From NCBI GenBank assembly GCA_964016885.1, contig OZ024744.1:62000001-62064000 (forward strand): a stretch of 64,000 bases of DNA, in the 5' to 3' direction. Positions 41,250-54,432 of this stretch are shown here, one piece after another; the stretch's first letter is position 1, and every line of letters begins with the position of its first letter. The notes under the pieces were generated by a model. That model was not told where the DNA came from and did not search any database. It saw only the letters and a program-made list of their open reading frames with translations. Position numbers and translations under genes: made by a program. This DNA is from Eledone cirrhosa (Eukaryota).

Positions 41250-43500
41250 TAGGAAAGCCCTTCAAGCTGTGTATGACGAAAAAGAAGACAATTTAGAGAC
41301 GTATGACATAGATAATAACTGGAATTTCTCACGTGACAACTCACTACAGGCTAGTGATGAAACTTGTGGCTGCGGCAGAGCTCCAACCAGACAGAGTAAC
41401 CTGGTGGTGGAACAGCACAGTAGATAAGGCCATTAGAGACAAAAGACTAGCATGGAAGGCTTGGAAAAAAGGGTGGGTGTAGGGTAGAATATACAGCCGC
41501 TGTGAGAGAAGCTAGACGTCAGCTGTACTTAGCATGCAGGGAGGCTGAGAGTAGGAGGTTTGCCAATGTTCTGTGACGGGAAGATCAGAGGCATGCGGTA
41601 TTCCACATTGCAAGGCAGTGTGCACATTGCAAATCAGGATGTTGTTGGAGATAAGTGTGTCCGGAATGATGCCGGTGTACTTAGTGTCACGAATAATCAG
41701 AAAAAGGAGGCCTGGAAATGTCATTATGTGAGACTGATGAATGTGGAGAACGAATGAGAGAGAGAGAAATTACCCTCAGTAGATCCGATAGAGGGACCAG
41801 CTATTGAGATTGATGAATATAGGGTCCAAGAGGCGATTATGGAAATGAAAACTGGTAAGGCTGCTGGACCATCGAGAATAGTTGCTGAGATGCTGAAGGC
41901 ATCAGGGGACGTAGGCACTAAACTGGTTGCACGCATCATCAATCAGGCTATATATGGTGGTGTCATACCCAAAGACTGGTGCAGCAGTATTCTCATAAAT
42001 TGCTACAAAGGTAAAGGGGATGCTCTGGAGAGGAGCAATTATAGGGGTATAAAACTGATGGATCAGGTTATGAAAGTGGCAGAAAGAATATTAGCACAAC
42101 TAATTAGAGAAAGGGTCAAACTAGATGAGATGCAGTTTGGTTTTGTGCCTGGTAAGAGTACAACTGATGCCCTCTTATTGGTGAGACAATTGCAAGAGGT
42201 TCTTAGAGAAAAATAAGCCACTATACTTAGCCTTTGTTGACCTAGAGAAGGCCTTTGATAGGGTACCCCGATCTGTCATCTGGTGGTCCCTAAGGAAACT
42301 GAGTTGAGGCATGGCTTGTGCAGACAGTGCAAACTTTGTACAGAGGTGCTGTCAGTAAAGTGAGGGTAGGAATGGAGTTTAGTGAGGAATTCCAGATACA
42401 AGTAGGAGTACATCAAGGTTTGGTCCTCAGCCCGCTCTTGTTCATTATAGTCCTCCAAGCCATAACAGAGGAGTTTAAGACTGGCTGTCCATGGGAACTT
42501 CTCTATGCTGACGATCTGGTTCTTATAGCACAATCAGTAGAGGAACTAGAGAATAAATTCTGGCTATGGAAACATCAGTTGGAAGCAAGAGGACTGAGAG
42601 TGAACCTAGCTAAGACAAAAGTGTTGATGAGTAGAAAAGAGGACAAAACTCTGATTCCGCAAGGGAAATGTCCATGTTCGATATGCAGAAAAGGAACTGG
42701 CATAAATTCTATAAAATGCACACAATGCAGATCCTGGGTACACAAGAGATGTAGCGGGATAGCAGGCAAACTAACAGGTAGGGAGAAATATGTATGCAGT
42801 AGATGTACAGGGAAATTAGACAGTAGAAGTCGCATTGATAGACACATTTTTCAAATGGGTGCTATAGAAATGGTGGATAGCTTCCGGTACCTAGGTGATC
42901 AGATTAGCATGGGAGGGGGGTGTTCCGAGGCCATAGTATCTAAGGACGAGTTGGAAGAAGTTTAGGGAGCTGCTTCCTCTGCTGACGAAAAAGGGTTTCT
43001 CCCTGCGTATGAAACGCCGGTTATATGACACCCGTGTGTGTAGCGCAATGTCGCAATGTAGTGAGACATGGGCAGCAACTGCAGAGGATATGCAACAGCT
43101 GGAGAGAAATGAGGCAAGCATGCTCCGTTGAATGTGCAATGTCAATGTGCATGAATGACCCAGCATGAATGTGTTGAGAGAGAAACTGTGCCTGAGAGGG
43201 ATAGAATGTAGTGTACGGGAGAGGAGACTGAGGTGGTATGGACATGTGATGTGCATGGAGGATGACCAATGGGTGAAGAAGTGCCAGGAAATGCCAGTTG
43301 AAGGAAGACGTGGTAGAGGTAGACCACGAAAAACATGGGGTGAGGTGGTGAGAACAGACCTCAGATCGCTGAATCTCACGGTGGAGATGACGAAGGACCG
43401 TGACAAGTGGAGAGATGCTGTGCTGAATAAGACCCGTCCCACCCTTGCAAGCAGGGAAAAGCGGACGTAAAATGATGATGATGATGATGATGATTATGAT
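41250..43500 (+). pseudogene. Decayed, 5'-truncated RTE family A copy
   Basis: Colinear with the reverse complement of ~9360-11615 but with several frameshifts and stops; (atg)n tail. Confidence 0.93.
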
Positions 43501-45475
43501 GATGACAATGACGATGACGTCTATATAGATATACATACACATATATAGATATACATACACATATATAGATATACATACACATATACATTCATACATATAC
43601 ACATATACACATATACACACATACACATACACACATATACACACATACACATACACACATATACACATATACACATATACATTTATACATATACACTTAT
43701 ACATTTATACATATATACATACATATAAATCCATATGTTTTATATGTGCATGTGTATAATTGCTTCAGTGATTTCGTAATACAAAATTATACATGTTTAC
43801 ATAAAAAGATAAATTTCATGATTGATTAAACCCCAAAAGAATATATTATAACATAGTATAGTATAAAATATAGCATAACTTTAAACATTTCACTGGAGCG
43901 TGGCAAACAAAATTTATGAATGTAAGCTTTTCTTTCATGCAGAATTAATCACAAGTAGAAGAAAGTCAATTGTTTATTTATTTCTTCCATGCTAGCTCAA
44001 CTATTATGGGATGTCATTTACTCCCTATAGCTGTAATCCGGTATGTATCTCATTTCATTCATGTTTGCACTTGTGTTGCTTGTCTCATTAAAAGAACATC
44101 TCATTATTATATTTGTTGTTGTTGTTGTTGTTGCTGCACCAACAGTATGGCATATCCTGGAACCATTTCTCCTTCTGTCTTTCTTTCTTTCCTTCCTTCC
44201 TTTACCAATCCTTCCTTCACCAATTGAATTAATATCTGGATTTGGTTTGCAATATTTCTTCTTTGTGTGTATGTAAAGATGATTTGTTCATTCCTTGCAA
44301 CATAGCCATGATAATTCACCAAAATGAGTCTTCAAAGCTGGGAAAACATTGGCTTTGCTGAAACATCATTGCTATGTTGTAAGAAAATGAATACATCAAT
44401 TTATATATTTATTTCCTCTAGACTAGGAAATCCATTACATTAAAATTCATATATATATATATATTGTGTGTGAATAAAATCTTACCCTAGTTAGTTTTAG
44501 TAAAATGTGTGTGTACGTACCCAATTTAATGTTGACAATCCAACCTTAGTGATTTAGTAAACCTTTTCTTAATCATTATGGAATGAAAATATTGTTTGTA
44601 ATATAGCAAGTATTTAGATAAACTGGTTATGTAATGATTCATAATCTACAAAGAAACTCTCTATTGGGGTTTTGAAATTACTTTTTCTCTCACTTCAAAA
44701 TTTAATCTCATATCTATATTTCCATGTGTATCTGGTTTAAATTAGGTACACTATATCTCTGTGTTGTAAGAGATCACAACTAAAAGGGTCGCTGTCAAGA
44801 AAAGCATTTGGCTGTAAAACCGTCTAAAAAAGGATCCCATGATAAGTCTGTGAGCTTGTCATAGGGTCTTCAAAAATAACACCTGCTTTAAAAGTGTAAA
44901 GGGGTTTTTAAAAAGGCTTGTAACATATCTATCAGGGGTGTGTTGAATGGAGAGCAACCACCTTCCTAGGCACAACTATTACGGGGCAGAAAATTTCATG
45001 TGGCCTATTATGTCAGGTTCGCCACACAAATGTTTCACCTATTTAAACATTTAATCTCATGTATCATATATTAGATATGCAACAAGAGGGATGAGAAGAG
45101 GTGGTACTCCTAGGGAGCAGGCCACACCCCACCAGATGCAGGTATGGAAGAGGCACAAAATTTCCTCTGTTAATGCTGTTATGCCACTTAACGTGGGAAT
45201 GCTAAGTATTTTTGCCCACTCAGGCCTCAGAGAATTCTTGCTGTGCCACACACACACACAGGGTTGACCAGCTTGATAAAGAAAATTGGACTAGTATTCA
45301 AAAAAAGGCTCAATGATTGGAGACATGAATAGAGCAGCTATGTATAACTATATCTCTTTATTAGTACCAGTACATTTGATCATTCCAATGTTGCACAATA
45401 TATGAACAATGTATGTATATTATCTCAATATTGTAGTGATAATATTGAACAACACTAACAAATAGGTACTATATA

Positions 45476-45541
45476 TATATAGTTAGTTCCACAACATATT
45501 AACAAGCCACGGTTTGCTAATGTTGTGGAACTAACTATATA
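45476..45541. repeat. Long hairpin / inverted repeat
   Basis: tatatagttagttccacaacat (45476-45497) is the exact reverse complement of 45520-45541. Confidence 0.85.
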
Positions 45542-46489
45542 CTGACAGCTATGGACTGACAGCTCTACTTACTATGGGTATAACCTCCTCGTGTTTTACC
45601 ACTATATATATATATATATAGATATATTTATATATATATATATATATGAAAAGTGTAATTTACTACACAAAACGAAGGTTATAGAGAAAATTGAGGTTGG
45701 TAATGGCACATGGAATATATAAGAGACAGAATACTTTTTTGTGAAAAAACATATAATTTTATAAGGTAAGGAAATAATAAAGGGTATAAAAAATGACCGG
45801 TTTCGATGGGTCTGCAAAAGCCATCTTTTCAAATGTTGATTAATATTAAGAAAAATTAATAAGAAGAAGAGTTAAAATTTGAGATTTGAAAATTCAAGTA
45901 TAAAATTCATTGTGGGATTTCACAGTAGTTTTCATCTTGGTAGCAGCTCGTTGACTGCTGGGTGCCTTTCTGGTAGTGAATGAGAAGTTATTTGGAGGTG
46001 TGGGTTATTTTATAAAGGTCAAATTTAGCAATGGCCAGATGGCCAGCTGCTGGTCAGTGAGGGAGTGGAAGCAATATACATACATATATCTTCCTGTGGT
46101 AGGTAGGAGAGGGGAGATTGATAGAAAGGGATTTAGTGCACTTACACCTATATATATATATATATAGATATATCTATATATATCTAAATATGTATATCTA
46201 TATATATATATCTATATATATCTATATATATATATCTATATCTATATATATATATATATCTATATATATATATATATCTATATATATATATATCTATATA
46301 TATATCTATATATATATATCTATATATATATATCTATATCTATATATATATATCTATATATATATATCTATATATATATATCTATATATATATCTATATA
46401 TATATATATATATATCTATATATATATCTATATATATATCTATATATATATCTATATATATATCTATATATATATCTATATATATATCT

Positions 46490-47731
46490 AGCGCGCGCTC
46501 TTCCAATTCCTTTGGAAGAGGCGGGCTCCTATGGTGAGGAGATCCATCTGCTGTCAACACCCTTCGAAAGGAGGGCTGGGGATGCCGTGGCTAATGATGC
46601 GTAAACACGCATTAAGGCTACGGCACCTCTATGTATTCCTCACCGGACAACCGGTGTGGGCCTCGTTTGTGAGACGAACCTTTCCCAGACTCGTCTCACT
46701 CACCGAGCTGCAATCCTGGGTCAAGCAAAGACCGAGAAAACTGGGCGCCTGGCACACTGAGTGTGCCCAGGCGCTCACCGCCCTCTGGCAGGCGGATCCG
46801 GTTATCAGTGGAGACTCCACCGCAACATTCTATAGAGGGCTGGTACGCAGCAGGTGCAACGACGCCCTTGGAGAAGCCCTAGACATGGAGGAGGACGAAC
46901 TGGCCAGCCTGTTCGGTAGGACATTCAGCCCGGGACCTATGGACAACTTCCAGAAGTCCCTGGCCTGGCAGTGCTACCGAGGGGCTTTACCCGTTCGAGA
47001 AAGGCTCTACAGACACGGGCGCCCGGGTAGGGACCCCGCCAAAAAGATCTGTCCCAGATGCGTGTGCGACGAGGAAACCGTTGCACACGCATTGGTACAC
47101 TGCTCGGGCGTAGCCGATCTGTGGGGCTATGTCGAACAACTGCTGTCAAGGGTGGGACCGATCCGGTTGACCACCGAGTCTATTGTAATGATCAAGCCGC
47201 CTCCCCCCTTCAAAGATGAAGCAGAGGCGGTGTTTCTGTGCGTAATAGCCATGGCGAAAGAGGTTGTATGGTGGACGCGTCTGAAAGGACTGAGGTCAGG
47301 CACCTTTCTCTCTGGCCAACAACTGGTCCGTTTCTTCCGATATCATTTCGGAAGAAGGATCAGGATGGAGAGAGAGGTGCTGCACCCCAGCCGTTTCTAT
47401 GAAAGATGGGTGAAAGTGGCGAGAATGGCCCGTGTGAATGGGCCTTCACTCTACATCAGACTATAGGTGAGGAAGATGAAAGACCAAGGGAGCACCCCTT
47501 CTCTGTGCTCCTGAGGAGAAGGGTTGCACACTTTTTTCGGGGGTGTGTGCGACCCCCCAAGGCGCCTCCTCTCTATTGAGGACTTTGTTAAAAATTTTAT
47601 TTTTTGTTATATCTTATTTTATTTTTATATTTTGTTATTGCCTCCTCCTTATTGAGGACGCCTTTTTGTGTAAACTCCCCCCTTTGTACTTGTCCCACTT
47701 TTGATGCCCTAGTGGCAAATAAAAGAAACAT
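46490..47731 (+). mobile_element. L1/Tx1-like LINE 3' portion (ORF2 C-terminus with zf-RVT, 3' UTR)
   Basis: P.SKGGLGMP motif and CPRC..DEETVAHALVHC zinc finger; T-rich UTR ending aataaaagaaac; (TA)n on both flanks. Confidence 0.85.
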
Positions 47732-47732
47732 A

Positions 47733-47780
<48 letters not shown>

Positions 47781-48109
47781 TATATCTATATATATCTATA
47801 TATATATATATCTATATATATCTATATATATATATATCTATATATATCTATATATATATATCTATATATATATATATATCTATATCTATATCTATATATA
47901 TATATCTATATATATATATCTATATATATATATCTATATCTATATATATTTATCTATATATCTATATCTATATATATTTATCTATATATATATTTATCTA
48001 TATATATATTTATCTATATATATATATCTATATATATCTATATATATATCTATATATCTATATCTATATCTATATATATATCTATATATATATATATATC
48101 TATATATAT

Positions 48110-48460
48110 CATTTCATCATTTCATCATCATTTCATTTTACGTCCGCTTTTCCCTGCTTGCAAGGGTGGGACGGGAACTGATTCTGGCCTGATTTCTACA
48201 GCTGGATGCCCTTCCTAACACCAACCTCATTTACAGTGAGTGCTGGGTGCTTTTTTTTTCCGTGGCACCTCCACGACCACTTTGCAGTGGAATGATAGGG
48301 ACTGGGGTCCCTATCATCTCATTTCTACAGCTGAGTAAACTGGAGCAATGTGAAATAAAGTGTCTTGCTCAAGGAAACAACACATCACCCGGTCTGAGAA
48401 TTGAACTCACAACCTTTCAATTGCAAGGCCAATGCTCTAACCACTAAGCCATGTGCCTCC
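48110..48460 (-). mobile_element. Young tRNA-SINE with RTE-A tail (copy 3)
   Basis: Reverse complement of 25190-25536. Confidence 0.9.
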
Positions 48461-48540
48461 ATATATATATATCTATATATATATCTATATATCTATATAT
48501 ATATATCTATATATATATCTATATATCTATATATATATAT

Positions 48541-49770
48541 CTACCATAGGTATAGAAAAATTCTTAATAGGAACAATAGAAAAATATCCTTCTCTACTAC
48601 TCCTAACCTAGCAGACAGCATAGGAACAACGAACCACAGTAAGATCACCAAGACACAACACCTCGACACAGACGCACCTACACCTGACAATAACTATATC
48701 GGCCTTAACAAATCCCTGACAGCATCAAATAGTGTTGGCAACGGCATCCGCAGACGCAACCAGAATGACCGCGAAGTGACTGGGGAACATGCAGAACATG
48801 ACGTGCGGAATAACAATCGCACCATCCCGCGTGCTGTGGGTTGTAATTGTGCAAACGACAGCTGCAGTAGCGTAGGTAACAACGTAGGCAGCAACAATGA
48901 TAGCCTTACCGTGGGAAATAGACGGAACCGCGACAGAAATTGCAACTGCCGCGACAGAGGACGCTGCCCCCTTAGAGGATACTGCTTGACTGATAGGTTT
49001 ATATATAGATGCACTATTACTAGCCACAATAGCATTAAACATTATATAGGGGCCACCTCCGGCCAATTCAAAACTAGGTTTCGAACACATCTCCACTCTT
49101 TCACAAATAGAAAACTAAGGCACTCCACTTCGCTCGCGGACTACATCACATCACTAAAGGACTTAAACATCAGCTTCTCCACGCACTGGGAGATTGTCGG
49201 CAGGGCTGCACCGTACAACTTCAAGAGGAAATGCGATCTTTGCCTCATGGAGCTCTACCATATCATAACTGCACCCCACGAGCTCATCAACAGCAGAGCT
49301 GAAACAGCGATAAGTTGTACACATCGCTTAAAAATATCCTTCTTTAGATGGGTTAAGAATGAAGAGTGAAATAGTACACTGGATCTCCCTGCAATAAGCC
49401 TTAACACCCTGGCGGGCAGGCGCAGCAAAATAACACCCAGAAAACAATCCTTGCACACCAGACCCAGCCTCAGACAAACCGATGCGGCGGGAAAATAAAA
49501 AAAATAAAAAAATTATCCGGGAAAGACTGCCCTAACACCGGCCAGAGTTACCTCCCTTGACCTGCTGCAAAATCAAAACAAGATATTTTTGCGAGCACAA
49601 TGAATCTTGATCTAGATTTAACCCCCAAAACTTTTTCCGAACTATATAAGGAGCACTTGTGATTATTTATGCCCTTGAGAAGCCCAACTGGGCGAAACGT
49701 ACGTAGGTGATATTTTAAATAAGCATGTTTTAACGGTCTATTCTCCGATTATTTACTTTCCCACGTATCT
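48541..49770 (+). mobile_element. Penelope-like element 1 (Naiad-type), 5'-truncated: linker + GIY-YIG + 3' pLTR
   Basis: HRYRKILNR..KISFS, CNCRDRGRCPL, FIYRC..HYIG, FKTRF..H..SF, CDLCLME, INSRAE..SCTH; stop at 49367-49369; hammerhead downstream. Confidence 0.88.
49663..49722 (+). ncRNA. Hammerhead ribozyme variant (U3-A8) in the pLTR of Penelope-like element 1
   Basis: cc TTGAGAA gccc-aact-gggc GAAA cgtacg TA gg; distal stem I ttattta/taaataa; TATATAA at 49643. Confidence 0.75.
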
Positions 49771-49795
49771 ATATATATATATATATATATATATA

Positions 49796-49838
<43 letters not shown>

Positions 49839-50177
49839 ATATCTATATCTATATATCTATATCTATATATATATATCTCTATATATATATATATATATCT
49901 ATATATATATATATATATCTATATATATATATATATATCTATATATATATATATATATATATATCTATATATATATATATATATATATCTATATATATAT
50001 ATATATATATATCTATATATATATATATATATCTATCTATATATATATATATATATCTATATATATATATATATATATATCTATATATATATATATCTAT
50101 ATATATATATATCTATATATATATATATATCTATATATATATATATCTATATATATATATATATATCTATATATATA

Positions 50178-50226
<49 letters not shown>

Positions 50227-50751
50227 ATATATATATATATATATATCTATATATATATATATCTATATATATATATATATATATCTATATATATATATAT
50301 ATATATATCTATATATATATCTATATATATATATATATATCTATATATCTATATATATATCTATATATATATCTATATATATATATATCTATCTATATAT
50401 ATATATATCTATCTATATATATATATATATATCTATATATATATATATATATCTATATATCTATATATATATCTATATATCTATATATATATCTATATCT
50501 ATATATATATATCTATATTTAGAAACACACAGATACATGCGGACACACACATATATACATGAATGCATCCGCACCCAACTGTGAGTTAAGGGTGCCAACT
50601 TCACCGATGTTGCTCAATGAATGACCGGGACAGACCAATTCAGTTGAACTAGACTGAACCAGTATCAGAGTTAAAAATACATTATGAAGAGAGAAGAAAC
50701 ATTTAGATATAATTAGTAATAAAATGTATCATACCTAAACTGTTCCTAAAT

Positions 50752-50841
50752 TCCTCGACTACGTAGTTTCGTGGCATAAACAAAAACAATATATCATAAA
50801 GATATAGAGTCCCTGCGAGGTCTGCCGACTTATCAAGAGGA
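50752..50841 (-). ncRNA. Hammerhead ribozyme variant (U3-A8, long stem II) in ORF-less island ~50520-50960
   Basis: Minus strand: tcctc TTGATAA gtcggca...tgccac GAAA ctacgtag TC gagga. Confidence 0.78.
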
Positions 50842-50964
50842 TACCTCATTTTACTAGTCTCAAGAACGCGGCGTCTACACGACGTGAGAAAGAATCCCAA
50901 AAGGCGGAGGGGGAGATAGTCACGCGATATAACGGTCGAGAAACAGAGCTAAGCCTCTTATAAC

Positions 50965-51360
50965 CACGTTCTTCCACGCTAGCATGGGTTAGACGGGTTG
51001 TCCTGTTGTGGGCAGTGTCTGGTCGGCTGACCATGCCTTGCTCATACAGGAACTGATTTGGCTTGATTTCTACAGCTGGATGCCCTTCCTAACACCAGCC
51101 TCATTTACAGTGAGTGCTGGGTGCTTTTTCGTGGCGCCTACACGTCCACTTTACAGTGTGGGCTGGGTGCTTTTTTGCCGTGGCACCTCCACGACCACCT
51201 TGCGGTGGGGGGGGGGGGGGGCGTATTGTCTATATGCTTCAGCTCGTACCCATGGGAGGTCGGGTACTCTGTATTACTGAGTGACGCCAGAAGTCACGGT
51301 CGTGTGTCATTGCCTTTGAGAGGTGTAATTGGGTAAGGTCGGCTTTTATCACCTCATCCC
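50965..51360 (-). mobile_element. RTE-tail SINE / non-autonomous element variant
   Basis: tttctacagctggatgcccttcctaacacc motif, duplicated tttacagtg..gctgggtgcttttt modules, RTE-type tail. Confidence 0.65.
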
Positions 51361-51398
51361 ATATATATATATATCTAAATATATATATCTATATATAT

Positions 51399-51827
51399 AT
51401 AAATGGAATAGAATGAAACAAAATTTCATTTCTCACTCTTAGTACAGCAGTTACTTAAATGTAAGTATGTATGTATACATACATATATGTATACAGTATA
51501 CAGACATACATATATATATGCACGTATTGGTTTACCGAACATTCATTACAATGTTCGGTTTGTTTATAAACAAACAAACAGCCCGAATTACGCCGTATAG
51601 TGTTTAGGCAACCACGTCACCTTTTTGTTCAACACTGACACAGGAACGATGTACCAGTTTCAAGCCTATTAGCTATTGTCAGCATCATATACCTTCCTGC
51701 CAGATGGTTGAACGTCTGAAAGTATATACTTTCCTTATGCATATTAACGGCTGAGCAGCCTAATTTGCATATCGAGTGAGTTTAGTCGGTCGGGCGCACC
51801 GAAAGCGATAAATGGAATAGAATGAAA
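51399..51827 (-). mobile_element. Diverged, circularly permuted monomer of family A (409 bp + 20-bp terminal redundancy)
   Basis: Homologous to the 39549 array on the opposite strand; ataaatggaatagaatgaaa at 51399 and 51808. Confidence 0.85.
51646..51688 (-). ncRNA. Decayed hammerhead, family A (core CUGACAA)
   Basis: Minus strand: atgatg CTGACAA t agct-aata-ggct t GAAA ctgg TA catcgt; stems I and II retained, G8 lost. Confidence 0.65.
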
Positions 51828-51941
51828 AGAAAATATACGTCCATATATATATGTGTGCATGTATGTATATACATATATACTTACATTTATATATATATAT
51901 AGCTATATATATATCTAGATCTATATATCTATATATATATA

Positions 51942-52282
51942 GGAGGCACATGGCTTAGTGGTTAGATCATTGGCCTTGCAATCGAAAGGTTGTGAGTTCA
52001 ATTCTCAGACCGGGTGATGTGTTGTTTCCTTGAGCAAGACACTTTATTTCACATTGCTTCAGTTTACTCAGCTGTAGAAATGAGATGCTAGGGACTGAGG
52101 TCCCTATCATTCCATTTCAAAGTGGTTGTGGAGGCGCCACGGCAAAAAAGCACCCAGTACACCCTGTAAATGAGGTTGGTGTTAGGAAGGGCATCCAGCT
52201 GTAGAAATCAAGCCAGTATCAGTTCCCGTCCCACCCTTGCAAGCAGGGAAAAAGCGGACGTAAAATGAAATGATGATGATGA
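51942..52282 (+). mobile_element. Young tRNA-SINE with RTE-A tail (copy 4)
   Basis: Near-identical to 25190-25536. Confidence 0.9.
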
Positions 52283-52851
52283 TTATATATATATATATCT
52301 ATATATCTATATATATATATATATATCTATATATATATATCTATATATATATCATCATCATCATCATCATCATCATCAACGTTTAACGTCCGTGTTCCAC
52401 GCTTGCATGGGTTTGGACGGGGGTATTCCCACTTGAGGCAAGAGTGATTGTCTTGCTCGCATAGGACTGTCTGGCAGGTTTTCTACAGTTGGATGCCCTT
52501 CCTAACACCAACCACATTTACAGTGTGGGTCTATATATATATAGATAAATCTACCAAGAGTTTACGGTAGTGTCCAATCCGTATGAAGAACTCAATGTAA
52601 TCCGGATATCATGGAAAGAAGAGATGCATTCAAAAATCACTTTCGGTGAAAGATAAACGGAATACAGAGTCAAGATAAAGTATTAAAAAAATAATGAATA
52701 AAACAATGAAACAGTTCCTTATATTAAACAAAAAAAGTTCATTATTTAACGATCGTTTCTAGGACATATATGTGTTAGAATTGGCATGCATATTCAACAG
52801 ATCTATGTACAAAATTATACAAACTATCAAATATAATATACATACCAACAC

Positions 52852-54432
52852 TTACTACATGCTAGACTAACACTTATTGAATTTCAGAATGAATACTGGA
52901 CCAGAAACACATATAGTAATCTATTTGATATTACTATGGGTTCAAGCGATTCTGCCCAAATTACTGATCTTGTGGGCCTCTTTCTTCTTTTCAACATAAA
53001 TGCTTCCTTTCCCCACCTTAAAGGTGGTTTATATCGTGATGACTGTCTTCTTTTTTCCAACAACCTTAGCCTCTCAGAAATAGAAAAAAACAAAAAGCTT
53101 ATTAGAGCTTTCCTTAAAGACTATTATAGTTTTCATATTACTTTTGAAAACACAAGTAAAGTAGTTAATTTCCTAGATATAACTTTAGACTTGGCTACGG
53201 GTATCTACCAACCTTACCATAAACCCAACCAAAACTTACACTACATACACTCACAATCTAATCACCCTAAATCTATCCTTAAAAACCTTGCATATAATAT
53301 ATCACTTAGAATTTCTAACCTTTCGTCTAACCAAGATGTATTTGATAAAAATGCGACCTTCTATAACGAAGCTCTAGATAGAAGTGGCCACAAAAATAGA
53401 TTAGAATATATACCTTCTACTAAAAATACTATAAACATACAACCTAATATTACCAACAAACACCAAATGAAAAGTACACACCTAAATGCCACCCACACTA
53501 TACCCCAAAATACCAACAACTCCTCTAATATAAAGTATAGTAACTCTCAAAAAACTACTCATCATACAACTCTAATAAATGTTAATAATAAAACTCCTAA
53601 TAAACAAGATAAAACACCTAAATCAATAAATCTAACTAAAAATGTGCGTGGTGAGGTCATTAACATTAATCCTCCTAGTAAACACCACGATACAACCTAT
53701 AAAAATAATAAACAACATAGAAACCGTAATAGACGAGTTACTTGGTATAATGCTCCATTTAATTTACAAATTAAGGATAATATTGCTAAAAAAATTTTTT
53801 ACATCCTAGAGAAAAACTTCCCGCCAAACCACAAATACCATCAAATCTTAAATAGGTCAACAGTTAAATTCTCATACTCAACAACCAAAAACATAAAACA
53901 AAATATAAGTGCCTATAATGCATATAAATGTAAAAATACCATAAGTATACCACCAATACATCAAACTAACCATAATATCTCCTCAAATACAGAATTAACG
54001 AAAGGTTGTAACTGTAGAAACAAAGCAAACTGCCCATTAAAAGGAAATTGTCTTGTTAACAACATAGTTTATAAATGTAAAATTAAAACTAAAGATTCTA
54101 TTTGCTCATATATAGGAGCTACTTCTAACAATTTTAAGGTAAGGTTTAATACCCACAAACATAGTTTTAAAAATGCCGCACTGGCTAATACAACATCTCT
54201 AGCAGAAAAAATTAATAGTTATAGAAATAAGAATATAGAATATGATATGACCTGGAGTGTGCTCAAAAGAGCCACCCCTTATCAAAATAATAGAAATGAA
54301 TGTAGATTATGTTCCCAAGAACTATTTGAAATAATGAAATCTAAGGATATCCTATTAAATAAGTGACAGGAATTAATTATATCGTGTAATCATAAACTGA
54401 GAAAAACATTTAAATATTATAAACCTAATTAA
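52852..54432 (+). pseudogene. Penelope-like RT (C-half) + GIY-YIG endonuclease, 5'-truncated, in-frame TGA at 54364
   Basis: FDITMGSSDSA, GLYRDD, VNFLDITLDL, SNHP, WYNAPF, CNCRNKANCPL, IVYKC..YIG, CRLC..E, LLNK*QELIISCNH. Confidence 0.9.

Noticed and set aside
47490-47530. CTGAGGA in the Tx1-like 3' UTR
   Set aside because: Part of a simple hairpin with no downstream GAAA/stem III
54364-54366. In-frame TGA in a Naiad-type ORF as a possible selenocysteine codon
   Set aside because: It aligns with the Arg of LNKR/INSR (R in element 1), not a conserved Cys, so a nonsense mutation is more likely; no SECIS recognised by eye
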